Positions 1-9,949 are shown, numbered from the stretch's first letter. The stretch is DNA of 64,000 nucleotides from Stappia sp. (GCF_048268045.1 NZ_JBLWWG010000010.1:47288-111287), one strand, 5' to 3'. Numbers and translations are program-made. The notes: a model not told the origin generated them from the letters alone.

Positions 1-642
1 ATCAACGTCTTCCGCGCCCATGGCGTGATCGTGCGCGGAAACCGGGTCGCCGACTGCGCCTTCTCGGCGATCCGCTCGAACTCCGGTTCGTCGCTCATTG
101 TCGAGGGCAACTCCTGCCTGCGTTCGGGCGAAACGGCGATCTACTCGGAATTCGCCTTCCAGGGCGCCGTCATCGCCGACAATCTCGTCGACGGCGGAGC
201 CATCGGCATTTCCATAGCCAATTTTCTCGACGGTGGACGGCTCGCCACCTGCTCGGGCAATGTGATCCGCAATATTGCAAATGAAGGCCCCTACCCTGCC
301 GAGGTGCAAGGCTTCGGCATCGGCATCGCCGTGGAAGCCGATACGGCAGTGACAGGGAATGTCATCGAGAAGGCGGCGAGGATCGGACTGCACATGGGCT
401 GGGGGCCGTATCTGCGCGATGTCGCGGCAACCTCCAACGTAATCCGCGACTGCCCGACGGGCATTGCGGTCACGGTCGTCGAGGAGGCGGGCCCCGCGCT
501 CATCGCCAGCAATCTGATCTCGGGCGCAAGCGCGGGCGGCGTCGTCGGCTATCGCTGGAAGGACCCGGTCACCGACGACCTGACGCAGGCAGGCGCAAAG
601 ACCTACCCGCATCTGTCGCTGTCGGGAAACCTCGTGAGCTGA
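1..642 (+). CDS. TIGR03808-family parallel beta-helix repeat protein (5' end outside window)
   Basis: Open frame from base 1. Repeated 'V.GN.I..C....I' beta-helix units and C-terminal 'GVVGYRWKDPVTDDL'. Adjacency to an asparaginase is typical of Hyphomicrobiales. Confidence 0.8.
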   Translation: MNVFRAHGVIVRGNRVADCAFSAIRSNSGSSLIVEGNSCLRSGETAIYSEFAFQGAVIADNLVDGGAIGISIANFLDGGRLATCSGNVIRNIANEGPYPAEVQGFGIGIAVEADTAVTGNVIEKAARIGLHMGWGPYLRDVAATSNVIRDCPTGIAVTVVEEAGPALIASNLISGASAGGVVGYRWKDPVTDDLTQAGAKTYPHLSLSGNLVS

Positions 643-651
643 GGCCTTTGG

Positions 652-1680
652 CTATCCGGCAGCGCGGCGCATGCCCTGAAAAGCCTCGCGCACGGGGCGC
701 ACGTCGCCCACGTGTATGCCGTTCCAGTTCTCCAGCCTCGGCTTCAGCCAGGGCGCCAACGCCTTGCTCTCGTCCTCGTCAAGCTCGATCAGCGCCTCGA
801 TGACGGCAGCCATCATGGTCTCGGAGGCACGCGTCGCGCCATCCTCGCACTTGAGCGCAACGCCCAGGCCCTTTTCCGGGATCGAGGCAATGAACACACC
901 TTCGGCGCCCGTCTTGACGAAGACACGGCCCGCCAATGCGCCCATCACCTGCGAACAGAAACGCCCCGTGCCGGCGACCATGAATGGATTCTCGACGCAG
1001 GCGTCATAAAGACGGGCGGTCGCATCGGCGCGGATCGGATCGAGCCCCTCGCCGGTGCCGAAACAGGCGAACCCTTGCGCCAGACGGTCGAGCGGCATGG
1101 CATAGGTCGGGATAGAGCAGCCATCGGTGCCGCGCGCCATGTCAGAAAGCGACATGCCGATCATGCCCTCCATGGCGGCGCGGGCCTCCATCTGCACCGG
1201 ATGATCCGGCTCGATGTAGCCTCGGGTGGCAACGCCGAGCGTACGGGCGAGCCCCAGAAAACCGGCGTGCTTGCCGGAGCAGTTGTTGTGCAGCGCGCAG
1301 GGGCAGACGTCGGCGCGGTGCAATTGGGCGACATCCTGCATCCGCTTCGGCCAGTGCGTGCCGCACTCGAGCGCCTCCTCGTCCAGACCGGCCTTGACCA
1401 GCATCACGCGCGCGGAATTGACATGCACCTCCTCGCCATTATGCGACGAACAGGCAAGCGCCAGTTCCGCCGGGCTCAGATCGAGCGCGTCCGCCGCCCC
1501 TGATTCCACCAGCGGCAAGGCCTGAAGGGCCTTCACCGCCGAGCGCGGGAACACGGGGCGCGATACGTCGCCAATGGCGGTGATGGTCTTGCCGGCGGCA
1601 TCGACCACGGCGACGGTGCCGCGATGGCGACTTTCGACGGCAGTGCCGCGCAGCACCTCGACCAGAACGGGATTTTCCAT
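652..1680 (-). CDS. ansA: L-asparaginase II, Rhizobium etli type (class 3)
   Basis: MENPVLVEVLRG..VESRHRG start; PRSAVK (Ser-Lys), HNNCSGKH, DGCSIP and KTGAEG motifs. Start reassigned from the track's 1992 to the ATG at 1680. Confidence 0.9.
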   Translation of the reverse strand: MENPVLVEVLRGTAVESRHRGTVAVVDAAGKTITAIGDVSRPVFPRSAVKALQALPLVESGAADALDLSPAELALACSSHNGEEVHVNSARVMLVKAGLDEEALECGTHWPKRMQDVAQLHRADVCPCALHNNCSGKHAGFLGLARTLGVATRGYIEPDHPVQMEARAAMEGMIGMSLSDMARGTDGCSIPTYAMPLDRLAQGFACFGTGEGLDPIRADATARLYDACVENPFMVAGTGRFCSQVMGALAGRVFVKTGAEGVFIASIPEKGLGVALKCEDGATRASETMMAAVIEALIELDEDESKALAPWLKPRLENWNGIHVGDVRPVREAFQGMRRAAG

Positions 1681-1681
1681 C

Positions 1682-2896
1682 TCAGTCCTCTCCGGCGGCG
1701 ACGCGGGCGGCAGGCGCGGACACGCCCGCCAGACGGCGTCCCTCGACCCATGTCCCCAGCCGCTCCAGTGCGGCATCGAGCACCTCGTCGCGCTTGCAGA
1801 AGCAGAAGCGCACGAAGTTCGTCGGCGCATCGGCGACATAGAAGGCGGAGACGGGAACGGCGGCAACGCCCGCCTCCTCCACAAGCTGGCGGCAGATGTC
1901 GACGTCGGTGCCCTCGAGCCCGAGCGTCGACACGTCGCAGGTCGCGAAATAGGTGCCCTCGCAAGGAAGGACACCGAAACCGAGGCCGGCAAGCCCGGTC
2001 AGGATGCGGTCGCGCTTGGCCTGCATCGAGCCGGCCAAGTCCTCGAAATAGCTGTCGTCCTTGCCAAGACCGTAGGCAACGGCGCGCTGCAGGTTCGGCG
2101 GGGTCGTGAAGGTGACGAACTGATGCGCCTTGGCAATCGGGTCGAGCAGGTTCGGCGCGGCCGTCACATAGCCGACCTTCCAGCCGGTCAGCGAGAAGGT
2201 CTTGCCGGCAGAGCCAATGCGCACGCTGCGCTCGCGCATACCGGGGAAAGCCATCAGCGGGCGATGGACACGGCCGTCGAACAGCAGATGCTCGTAGACC
2301 TCATCGCAGATCGCATAGACGCCGTGCTCGTTGCACAGTCTTGCGATCGCCGCGAGCTCCTCCTCGGCGAAGACCTTGCCGGCCGGGTTCATCGGGTTGT
2401 TGAGCAGGATCGCCTTGGTGTTTTCGGTAAAGGCGTTCTCGAGAGCCGTCAGATCGAGCCGCCATTGCGGCGGGGTGACGCGCAGGCGCACCGGAATGCC
2501 GCCCGCCCGCTTCACCAGCGGCAGGTAGCAGTCGTAAAGCGGTTCGATGAGAATGACTTCGTCGCCCGGCTCCAGAAGCGCAAGGAGCACATCGGCAAGC
2601 GCCTCGGTCGCCCCGGAGGTGACCATCACTTCGCTCTGCCAGTCGACGTCGATCCCGTAGAATCGGCTGTTGCTCTGCGCAACGGCCTGTCGCAGCTCCG
2701 GCAGCCCCAGCATCGGCGGGTACTGGTTGGGGCCGGTGATCAATGAGTCGGCCGCGATCCTGCGCACGTCTTCCGGACCGTCGACATCCGGAAAGCCCTG
2801 TCCGAGATTGATCGCGCCGTGAGCCATGGCCAGTCGCGACATTGTCTCGAAGATCGTGGTGGGCAGGCCGGTGAATACGGGATTGGTCGGCTTCAT
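1682..2896 (-). CDS. PLP-dependent class I/II aminotransferase (YbdL/DapC-like)
   Basis: INLGQGFPD, NNPMNPAGK, DEVYEH and SAGKTFSLTGWKVGY motifs. Stop lies 1 nt before the ansA ATG, consistent with an operon. Confidence 0.9.
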   Translation of the reverse strand: MKPTNPVFTGLPTTIFETMSRLAMAHGAINLGQGFPDVDGPEDVRRIAADSLITGPNQYPPMLGLPELRQAVAQSNSRFYGIDVDWQSEVMVTSGATEALADVLLALLEPGDEVILIEPLYDCYLPLVKRAGGIPVRLRVTPPQWRLDLTALENAFTENTKAILLNNPMNPAGKVFAEEELAAIARLCNEHGVYAICDEVYEHLLFDGRVHRPLMAFPGMRERSVRIGSAGKTFSLTGWKVGYVTAAPNLLDPIAKAHQFVTFTTPPNLQRAVAYGLGKDDSYFEDLAGSMQAKRDRILTGLAGLGFGVLPCEGTYFATCDVSTLGLEGTDVDICRQLVEEAGVAAVPVSAFYVADAPTNFVRFCFCKRDEVLDAALERLGTWVEGRRLAGVSAPAARVAAGED

Positions 2897-3233
2897 ATCT
2901 GGCTCGGTTCCTCGCCTGACGCGCCGCGCGTGACGATTGCGGCGCGGAGGCTTTGTAGCCACTCCCAGCGCCGGCGTCGAGCGCGGAACCCGCGCGCATC
3001 GGATTCCGCAACGTAAGGCATTGAATAGAAAGTGAAAACAGATCGAAGATCGCACCATACGTGACGGAGGTCACAGGATTGCCCGACCACTCCGCTAGTG
3101 TCGCTCACGGGTCAGGTGGCGCATCGCGCCGAGCCGTTCCCCCCGGCCAATCGCCAGACCCTGGCAGGCCTTCCATCCCTTGCTTGCCGTCACCCGATCC
3201 GGCTCAGGCTTGCGGGAGGAAAGCGCCGCCACC

Positions 3234-3262
3234 CGACCCCGGTGCGCCCTGCACCGGGGTCG
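3234..3262. terminator. Perfect 12-bp hairpin downstream of hss (probable terminator)
   Basis: CGACCCCGGTGC-gccct-GCACCGGGGTCG, ~20 nt past the hss stop; weak U-tract. Confidence 0.5.
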
Positions 3263-3284
3263 CTTCGTTTCATCCAGGCGCGTT

Positions 3285-4796
3285 TCAGCGAACCAGAATG
3301 TTGCGGAACTGCCAGGGATCGCTCTCGTCGATGTCTTCGGGGAAGAGCCCCGGACGACCGTCAAGCGGGGTCCAGTCGGTGTAGTATCCCTTGACCGGCC
3401 CCAGGTAGGGGCCCTGAACCTCGAGGCAGCGGCGATAATCCATCTCGTCCGCCTCGACGATGCCTTCCTTCGGGTTTTCCAGAGCCCAGACCATGCCGGC
3501 GAGCACGGCGGAGGTCACCTGCAGACCGGTGGCGTTCTGATAGGGAGCGATCTCGCGCGTCTCCTCAATGGAAAGCTGCGAGCCGTACCAATAGGCATTC
3601 TTCTCGTGGCCGTAGAGCAGCACGCCAAGCTCGTCGATGCCGTCGATGATCTCGTCCTCGGTGAGGACGTGCAGCGTCTCCTGAACCTTGCCGGCCGCGC
3701 CGAAGAGCTCGTGCAGCGACAGCACCGCATCGTTCGCCGGATGGTAGGCGTAGTGGCAGGTCGGGCGATACTTGACCTTGCCGTCTTCCTTCACGGTGAA
3801 ATAGTCGGCGATGGAGATCGACTCATTGTGCGTGACGAGGAAGCCATACTGAGCGCCCGGCGTCGGGCACCACGTGCGCACGCGGGTGTTGGCGCCCGGC
3901 TGCTCCAGATAGATCGCCGCCTTGCAGCCCTTCTTGTGCCTGCGGGCGTTCTTCGGCATCCATGTTTCATGAGTGCCCCAGCCAAGCTCGGAAGGCTGAA
4001 AGCCCTCGGAGAGGAACCCTTCGACCGACCAGGTGTTCCAGAAGGCGCCCATCGGCTTGGGCTTCTTGGCGCGCTGGGTATCGCGCTCGGCGATGTGCAC
4101 GCCCTTGACGCCGACCTTCTTCATGAGCTTCGCCCAGCCCTTGCGGTTGGTCGGCTCCTCGAACTTGATCCCGGTGTCGCGGGCGACGTCGACCAGCGCC
4201 TGCTTGACGAACCAGGACACCATTCCCGGGTTTGCGCCACAGCAGGAAACGGCCGTGGTGCCGCCAGGGTTCTTCTTCTTTTCGCGGCGCACGGTCTCGC
4301 GCAGCGCGTAGTTGGTGCGCTCCTCGTTGCCCGCACTCTCGTCGAAATAGAAGCCGAGCCAGGGCTCGACGACAGTGTCGATGTAGAGCACGCCGAGTTC
4401 GCGGCAAAGCTTCATCAGGTCGAGCGACGATGTGTCAACGGAGAGATTGACGCAGAAGCCCTGGCCCTCGCCCTCCGTGAGCAGCGGTGACAGCACCTCG
4501 CGGTAGTTCTCCGGCGTAATCGCGACCTTCTCGAAGCGGTAGCCGCGCTCGTCGACAAGAGCGCGGTCGGTATCAACCGGATCGACAATCGTCACGCGCT
4601 TGGTGTCGAAATTGAAATGCCGCTCGATCAGCGGCAGCGTGCCGCGGCCGATCGAACCGAAGCCGATCATGACGATCGGGCCGGAAATGGTTCCGTAGAC
4701 AGGGTGGCTCTGCCCGGAAGCGATCTCGGCCGCCGGCTTCCGGCTGGCGCCACGCTTGGCGGGCTTTTTCGCGGCCGTGGCCGTCTCATCGGTCAT
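3285..4796 (-). CDS. hss: Homospermidine synthase
   Basis: GPIVMIGFGSIGRG, SCCGANPGMVS, HIAERDTQ, NTWSVEGF, THNESISI and NATGLQV motifs. Confidence 0.95.
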   Translation of the reverse strand: MTDETATAAKKPAKRGASRKPAAEIASGQSHPVYGTISGPIVMIGFGSIGRGTLPLIERHFNFDTKRVTIVDPVDTDRALVDERGYRFEKVAITPENYREVLSPLLTEGEGQGFCVNLSVDTSSLDLMKLCRELGVLYIDTVVEPWLGFYFDESAGNEERTNYALRETVRREKKKNPGGTTAVSCCGANPGMVSWFVKQALVDVARDTGIKFEEPTNRKGWAKLMKKVGVKGVHIAERDTQRAKKPKPMGAFWNTWSVEGFLSEGFQPSELGWGTHETWMPKNARRHKKGCKAAIYLEQPGANTRVRTWCPTPGAQYGFLVTHNESISIADYFTVKEDGKVKYRPTCHYAYHPANDAVLSLHELFGAAGKVQETLHVLTEDEIIDGIDELGVLLYGHEKNAYWYGSQLSIEETREIAPYQNATGLQVTSAVLAGMVWALENPKEGIVEADEMDYRRCLEVQGPYLGPVKGYYTDWTPLDGRPGLFPEDIDESDPWQFRNILVR

Positions 4797-4923
4797 TGCG
4801 GGCTTCCTCTCGTCGTGGAAATTCGCTGCGGCGGCGCGCGACGGCGCCGCCATATCGGGAACATAGCGCCGACCGGCCGCATTCGCGACCGGTCGGCTGG
4901 ATATGGATGGATGATGGCGTCAA

Positions 4924-6057
4924 TCAGATGACGTAGGAGCGCAGCGGCTTGAACCCGTTGAACGCGACCGAAGAATAAGTCGTCGTATAGGCGCCGCAGG
5001 CCTCGATCAGAACCTTGTCGCCAATGGACAGGCTGACCGGGAGTTCATAGGGGGTCTTCTCGTAGAGCACATCGACGCTGTCGCAGGTCGGGCCGGCGAG
5101 CACGCAAGGGGTCTTGCGATCATCGTCCTTGTCCGTGCGGATCGGATAGCGGATCGCCTCGTCCATGGTCTCCGCAAGGCCGTTGAACTTGCCAATGTCG
5201 AGATAGACCCAGCGGATCTCATCCTCGCTGGCGGACTTCTTGGAGATCAGAACCACCTCGGCCTCGATCATGCCCGCATCGCCAACCAGGCCACGGCCGG
5301 GCTCGATGATCGTCTGCGGAATGCGGTTGCCGAAGTGCTTCGACAGGCCGCACAGGATCGCCTCGCCGTACCGCGGCACGCCGGGGACATCCTTCAGGTA
5401 GCGTGCGGGGAAGCCGCCACCAAGGTTGACCATGGACAGCGTGATGCCGCGCTCGGCCATCTCGCGGAAGATGCCGGCTGCCGACGCGAGCGCCGTGTCC
5501 CAGGCATCCACATTGGCCTGCTGGGAGCCGACGTGGAAGGAAACGCCATGAGCGGTCAGGCCCGAGCGATGAGCATGCTCGAGAACGGCCGGAGCCATCT
5601 CCGGCGCGCAGCCGAACTTGCGCGAAAGCGGCCAGTCGGCGCCGGCGCCGTCGCACAGAATGCGGCAGAAAACCTGAGAACCGGCGGCGGCGCGGGCGAT
5701 CTTGTCGACCTCGGCCTCGCAGTCGACGGCAAAGAGGCGAACGCCCAGCTCGAAGGCACGCGCGACATCGCGCTCCTTCTTGATGGTGTTTCCGAAGGAA
5801 ATGCGCTCCGGGCCGGCGCCGGACGCCAGGACCATCTCGATCTCGGCGACAGAGGCACAGTCGAAGGACGAGCCCAGGCGCGCCAGGAGCTCAAGGATCT
5901 CCGGCTCGGGATTGGCCTTCACGGCGTAGAAGACGCGCGTGTCCGGAAGGGCACGCTCGAAGGCCAGATAGTTGTCGTGCACGATATCGAGGTCAACAAC
6001 GACGCAAGGCTCGTCGTCTCGTCGCTGGCGGAGAAAGTTGCGAATGCGCTCGGTCAT
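4924..6057 (-). CDS. odc: Fold-type III PLP ornithine/lysine decarboxylase
   Basis: FYAVKAN (PLP lysine), FHVGSQ, NLGGGF, EPGR and GPTCDSVD motifs; lies directly upstream of hss. Confidence 0.93.
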   Translation of the reverse strand: MTERIRNFLRQRRDDEPCVVVDLDIVHDNYLAFERALPDTRVFYAVKANPEPEILELLARLGSSFDCASVAEIEMVLASGAGPERISFGNTIKKERDVARAFELGVRLFAVDCEAEVDKIARAAAGSQVFCRILCDGAGADWPLSRKFGCAPEMAPAVLEHAHRSGLTAHGVSFHVGSQQANVDAWDTALASAAGIFREMAERGITLSMVNLGGGFPARYLKDVPGVPRYGEAILCGLSKHFGNRIPQTIIEPGRGLVGDAGMIEAEVVLISKKSASEDEIRWVYLDIGKFNGLAETMDEAIRYPIRTDKDDDRKTPCVLAGPTCDSVDVLYEKTPYELPVSLSIGDKVLIEACGAYTTTYSSVAFNGFKPLRSYVI

Positions 6058-6229
6058 GTCAGTCACCCGTTCCGAACTGCGTCACAGGATCGCGAATGCA
6101 CGGCGTCGGCCGGTCCGCTTTGGAGACGGACAGAACACGCGTTGCATTTGCGAGCGATCGGGCTCGAAACCACAGCATGATGCCATGGCACGGCCGTACC
6201 GCGATTGATGCCTTGGATTGGATCGGGTT

Positions 6230-6345
6230 TTCCGAACCGCACAGCGGGCAATGATGTAACAAGTGCCTCTTCAGTGACCCCGGGACTTGGAAACCCGGCA
6301 GAGACCAAAAAAGCCCTCTTACGTCGTTGCTTTAAGCCGTCCGTT
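6230..6345 (-). ncRNA. speF leader: speF leader-like cis-regulatory RNA upstream of ornithine decarboxylase
   Basis: Minus strand reads GGACGGCTTAAAGCAACGACGTAAGAGGGCTTTTTTGGTCTCTGCCGGG...CCCGG..CACTGAAGAGGCAC, resembling the alphaproteobacterial speF element as I recall it and at the expected position. Boundaries approximate. Confidence 0.7.
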
Positions 6346-6630
6346 TTGCTGCTCTCTCCGGAATGATCCGGGCCCTATGAGCAGCTGCCACCTTTCGGTT
6401 GGACGACCACGGGCACGTGCGAATTTGGGCAAGGGGAGATATGAATCAGGAGGCCGTAACAATCAAGGAAAAACTCGTTTTTCACCTCATGTTTTTTATG
6501 ACAGCCGCCAAGGCGGCGCCAAGCGGCAAACGTTGCGGCGTCAAAGGTTTCCCTCTCCCCGACGCGCGTCGTCGCCGGAGCGGAAACCCGCTCCGGCGAC
6601 GACTGCCGGACAGGTGGCTGTCCGCAAGCG

Positions 6631-7590
6631 TCAGCGGGTCTCGGCCGCCGGCGGCTGACCGGGGCCGCCCGGCATGCGCGGTCCACCCGGCATGCCATGG
6701 TGCGGCCTGCCCTTGCCCATACCCATGCCATGCCGGCCACGCGGACGGTCGGCAAAGGAAAGCGCGCCGTCGCCGTTGCGGTCCATGCGGCTCACCAGGT
6801 TCCTGGTCGGGCGCTCCGCCTCGTCCGTGGTCACGGCGAGATCACCGTTGCGGTCGAGGAACTGGAACATGCGGACAATGCGACCGTCGGCGCGCTCCAG
6901 CCAGATCGTGGAGAACTCGTCAAGCGTCAGGACCTTGTCGCCATTGGCGTCGGCCTTGGCGAAACGCTCCGCACGGGCGGCGCGAACCTCATCAGACGTG
7001 ACCTTGCCGTCACCATCGGTGTCGAAGCGCTCCATGGCCGGGCCGTTGCGCTTGCCCCAGCGCTGGCCGCGCTTGTCGCCGCGCTCCTCGTCGTCATCAC
7101 GCTCGTTCATCCGGTCGAGGCGAGACAGCATGCGCTCGGCACGCCGGTTGTATTCCTCCTCGGTGACCTTGCCGTCGCCGTCGCGGTCGAGGCGCTGGAA
7201 AGCCCGCACGCGCGGCGTGACCACGACCTCGGCATAAGCTGCCCTGAATTCCTCGAGCGTGACGCGGCCGTCGCCATCCTTGTCGGCGAGCTTGAAGAGT
7301 TCCTCGCGCTTGGCGTCGATCTCAGCCTGGGTGATCTTGCCGTCGCCATCGGTGTCGAAGATCTCGGCGAAGGTCATCATCATGCCCATGCGCTGCGGGC
7401 CGTGGTGACCGTGGCGCTTGCCCCAGCCGCGCTTGCCGTCCTTGTTGTGATGCCCGCCCTTGTGCATCCAGGACCGCTCCTGGCCCTGCTCGTTGCGCTT
7501 GCCGTCACGATCGGCGAAAGCGGGCATGGCGAAGGCGCCGGTCAGGGCTGCGGTGATCGCCACGAGGGCCAGATTGCGTACGGTTTTCAT
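6631..7590 (-). CDS. Exported EF-hand protein with an internal duplication (6 DxDGDG-type loops)
   Basis: Signal peptide MKTVRNLALVAITAALTGAFAMPAFA; loops DTDGDGKIT, DKDGDGRVT, DRDGDGKVT / DTDGDGKVT, DANGDKVLT, DRNGDLAVT. Confidence 0.88.
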   Translation of the reverse strand: MKTVRNLALVAITAALTGAFAMPAFADRDGKRNEQGQERSWMHKGGHHNKDGKRGWGKRHGHHGPQRMGMMMTFAEIFDTDGDGKITQAEIDAKREELFKLADKDGDGRVTLEEFRAAYAEVVVTPRVRAFQRLDRDGDGKVTEEEYNRRAERMLSRLDRMNERDDDEERGDKRGQRWGKRNGPAMERFDTDGDGKVTSDEVRAARAERFAKADANGDKVLTLDEFSTIWLERADGRIVRMFQFLDRNGDLAVTTDEAERPTRNLVSRMDRNGDGALSFADRPRGRHGMGMGKGRPHHGMPGGPRMPGGPGQPPAAETR

Positions 7591-7675
7591 ATCGAAACTC
7601 CTCATCGAATGTGAAATCGATGAGCAAGAGATAGGCGGCGCCTGTCGCAGAACTATGCCCGGATTGCCCCTGTTG

Positions 7676-7720
7676 TGTCGCAAGCTGTCGCCCTGCGCGG
7701 CTCCGTTACACCTCGATACA
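7676..7720. promoter_or_regulatory. Two 10-bp-period direct repeats, candidate OmpR-family sites between the EF-hand gene and the response regulator
   Basis: TGTCGC-aagc-TGTCGC (7676-7691) and GTTACA-cctc-GATACA (7705-7720). Confidence 0.45.
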
Positions 7721-7787
7721 ATTGGGATTTCCAAGCTGGCGGCGGTCTCGATAGATAGAAGGTGCAGGCCTTATGGATACGAGACAC

Positions 7788-8516
7788 ATGACCGAAAGCG
7801 GACACCACATCCTCGTCGTCGACGACCATCGCGACATCCGGGAATCGCTCGCGCGCTATCTGCGCAAGAATGGCCTGCGCGCCTCCGTCGCGGAAAATGC
7901 CGCCCAGGCACGCAAGTTCCTCAAGGCGGCGTCGGTGGATCTTGTCGTGCTCGATATCATGATGCCGGGCGAGGACGGTCTGTCGCTCTGCCGCCATCTC
8001 ATGGAGAGCGAGGCGACGCCGGTCATCCTGCTCACTGCAATGGCGGAGGAAACCGACCGGATCATCGGCCTAGAGATCGGCGCAGATGACTACGTGACCA
8101 AGCCCTTCAATCCGCGCGAGCTGCTTGCTCGGGTTCGCGCGGTGCTGCGCCGCTCATCCCAGGTGCCAAAGGAACGCGACCCGGTGGAGGCGGAGCAACT
8201 TGCCTTTGCCGGATGGACACTGGACGTGCCGAAGCGGCTGCTCACCGGAGAGGACGGCGTCGCCGTGCCGCTTTCCACCGGCGAGTTCCAGCTCCTCGTG
8301 GCATTCCTGAAGCGTCCCCGCATGGTCCTGTCGCGCGACCAGCTTCTCGATCTCACTTCCGGACGCAGCCCCGGCGTCTTCGACAGGTCGATCGACAATC
8401 AGGTCAGCCGGTTGCGGCGGAAGATCGAAGCAGATCCGAAGACCCCGGAGCTGATCAAGACCGTCTGGGGCGGCGGCTACACATTCACCGCTGAAGTCGA
8501 GGACAGCACCGCATGA
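7788..8516 (+). CDS. OmpR/PhoB-family response regulator
   Basis: ILVVDD, VLDIMMPGEDG, GADDYVTKPF and RSIDNQVSRLRRKIE...KTVWGGGY motifs. Confidence 0.95.
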   Translation: MTESGHHILVVDDHRDIRESLARYLRKNGLRASVAENAAQARKFLKAASVDLVVLDIMMPGEDGLSLCRHLMESEATPVILLTAMAEETDRIIGLEIGADDYVTKPFNPRELLARVRAVLRRSSQVPKERDPVEAEQLAFAGWTLDVPKRLLTGEDGVAVPLSTGEFQLLVAFLKRPRMVLSRDQLLDLTSGRSPGVFDRSIDNQVSRLRRKIEADPKTPELIKTVWGGGYTFTAEVEDSTA

Positions 8517-9949
8517 GCGCCCGCGCCCGCTTCCGCCTCTGGCCGCGCTCGCTGGCCGGCCAGCTTATCGCATTGCTGCTGATCGCCGTCGTCGGCGCGC
8601 AGCTCATCACCCTCTGGCTCTTCACCGACGAGCGCCGCGTCGCGCTGGTGGACCTTGCCCGCAACGTCATCCTGTCGCGCACGGGCTCGCTCGTGCGCTG
8701 GATCGACGCCTCGCCTCCCGACATGCACGACGACATTCTCGGGGCCGTGTCGAGCCCCTTCCTGCGGTTCTGGGTTGCCAGCGATCCGGCGCTTGCCCGC
8801 AGCGGTGATCGCCAAACCGACACGCGGCTGGCCGAAATGCTGAGCGAGGAAATCGGCGACGGGCGCGAGGTGAGGATCGACGTGGTGCGACGCCCGCCGA
8901 TGCCCCCGAAGGGCATGTACCGGATCGGTGAGTCCGATGATGACGATGTTGACAGGGACGCACCGAAAAAGAGCGGAAAGCGCCATCACCGCTGGAAGGA
9001 CGCGCCGACCTTGCTCACACTGTCGGTGTCGCTTTCCGACGGGCGCTGGCTCAATGGTGTCAGCCGCTTCCGCGTGCCCCGCAACACACTGACGCCGCTT
9101 CTCGTAACCGCCGGCCTGATGGCCGCGGCCATCGTTCTCGTCATCGCCTTCACCGTGCGCCGGCTGACGCGCCCCTTGCGCGACCTCTCGGCGGCTGCAG
9201 AGCGACTCGGGCGGGGGGAGGACGTCGATCCGCTCGTCGAACGCGGCCCCTCGGAAGTTCGCGGGACGATCCACGCGTTCAACGTCATGCAGGACCGGTT
9301 GACCCGTTTCGTGCGCGACCGCACCCGCATGCTTGGCGCGATCAGCCACGACCTCAGGACCCCGATCACCTCCTTGCGCATCCGCGCCGAGTTCATCGAC
9401 GACGACGAGAACCGCGAGAAGATGATCGAAACACTCGACGAGATGCAACGCATGGTCGAGGCAACGCTTGCGCTTGCACGCGATGAAGCATCGCGCGAGG
9501 ATGTCGCCCGCATCGACCTCGGCGAATTCCTGGAGGCCATCGTCGAGGACTACCGCGACATCGGACAGACGGTTTCCTTCGAAAAGCCGGGCCGACGCAT
9601 CGTTTCGTCCTTCCGCCCCCTTAGCCTCAAGCGCGCCCTGCGCAATCTTGTCGAGAACGCCCTGCGCTACGGCAAGGGGACTGAAATCAAGCTGGAGGCA
9701 ACCGCCGACACCCTCGCCATCACAGTCCTCGACAATGGCCCCGGCATCCCGGAAGATCGGCTTCAGGACGTGTTTGAACCCTTTGTCCGGCTGGAGGAAT
9801 CCCGTTCGGAAGAAACGGGAGGGATCGGGCTTGGCCTGTCGATCACACGCTCCATCGTGCATGCACACGGCGGCACGCTGGTGTTGTCCAACAGGCCGGA
9901 GGGTGGGCTCTCGGCGCGCATCGTCCTGCCGATGGGCCGGACGGCGTGA
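8513..9949 (+). CDS. EnvZ/CpxA-like sensor histidine kinase (2 TM, HAMP, HisKA, HATPase)
   Basis: ATGA overlap with the regulator; ISHDLRTP H-box; NLVENALRYG, DNGPGI and GGIGLGL motifs. Confidence 0.95.
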   Translation: MSARARFRLWPRSLAGQLIALLLIAVVGAQLITLWLFTDERRVALVDLARNVILSRTGSLVRWIDASPPDMHDDILGAVSSPFLRFWVASDPALARSGDRQTDTRLAEMLSEEIGDGREVRIDVVRRPPMPPKGMYRIGESDDDDVDRDAPKKSGKRHHRWKDAPTLLTLSVSLSDGRWLNGVSRFRVPRNTLTPLLVTAGLMAAAIVLVIAFTVRRLTRPLRDLSAAAERLGRGEDVDPLVERGPSEVRGTIHAFNVMQDRLTRFVRDRTRMLGAISHDLRTPITSLRIRAEFIDDDENREKMIETLDEMQRMVEATLALARDEASREDVARIDLGEFLEAIVEDYRDIGQTVSFEKPGRRIVSSFRPLSLKRALRNLVENALRYGKGTEIKLEATADTLAITVLDNGPGIPEDRLQDVFEPFVRLEESRSEETGGIGLGLSITRSIVHAHGGTLVLSNRPEGGLSARIVLPMGRTA

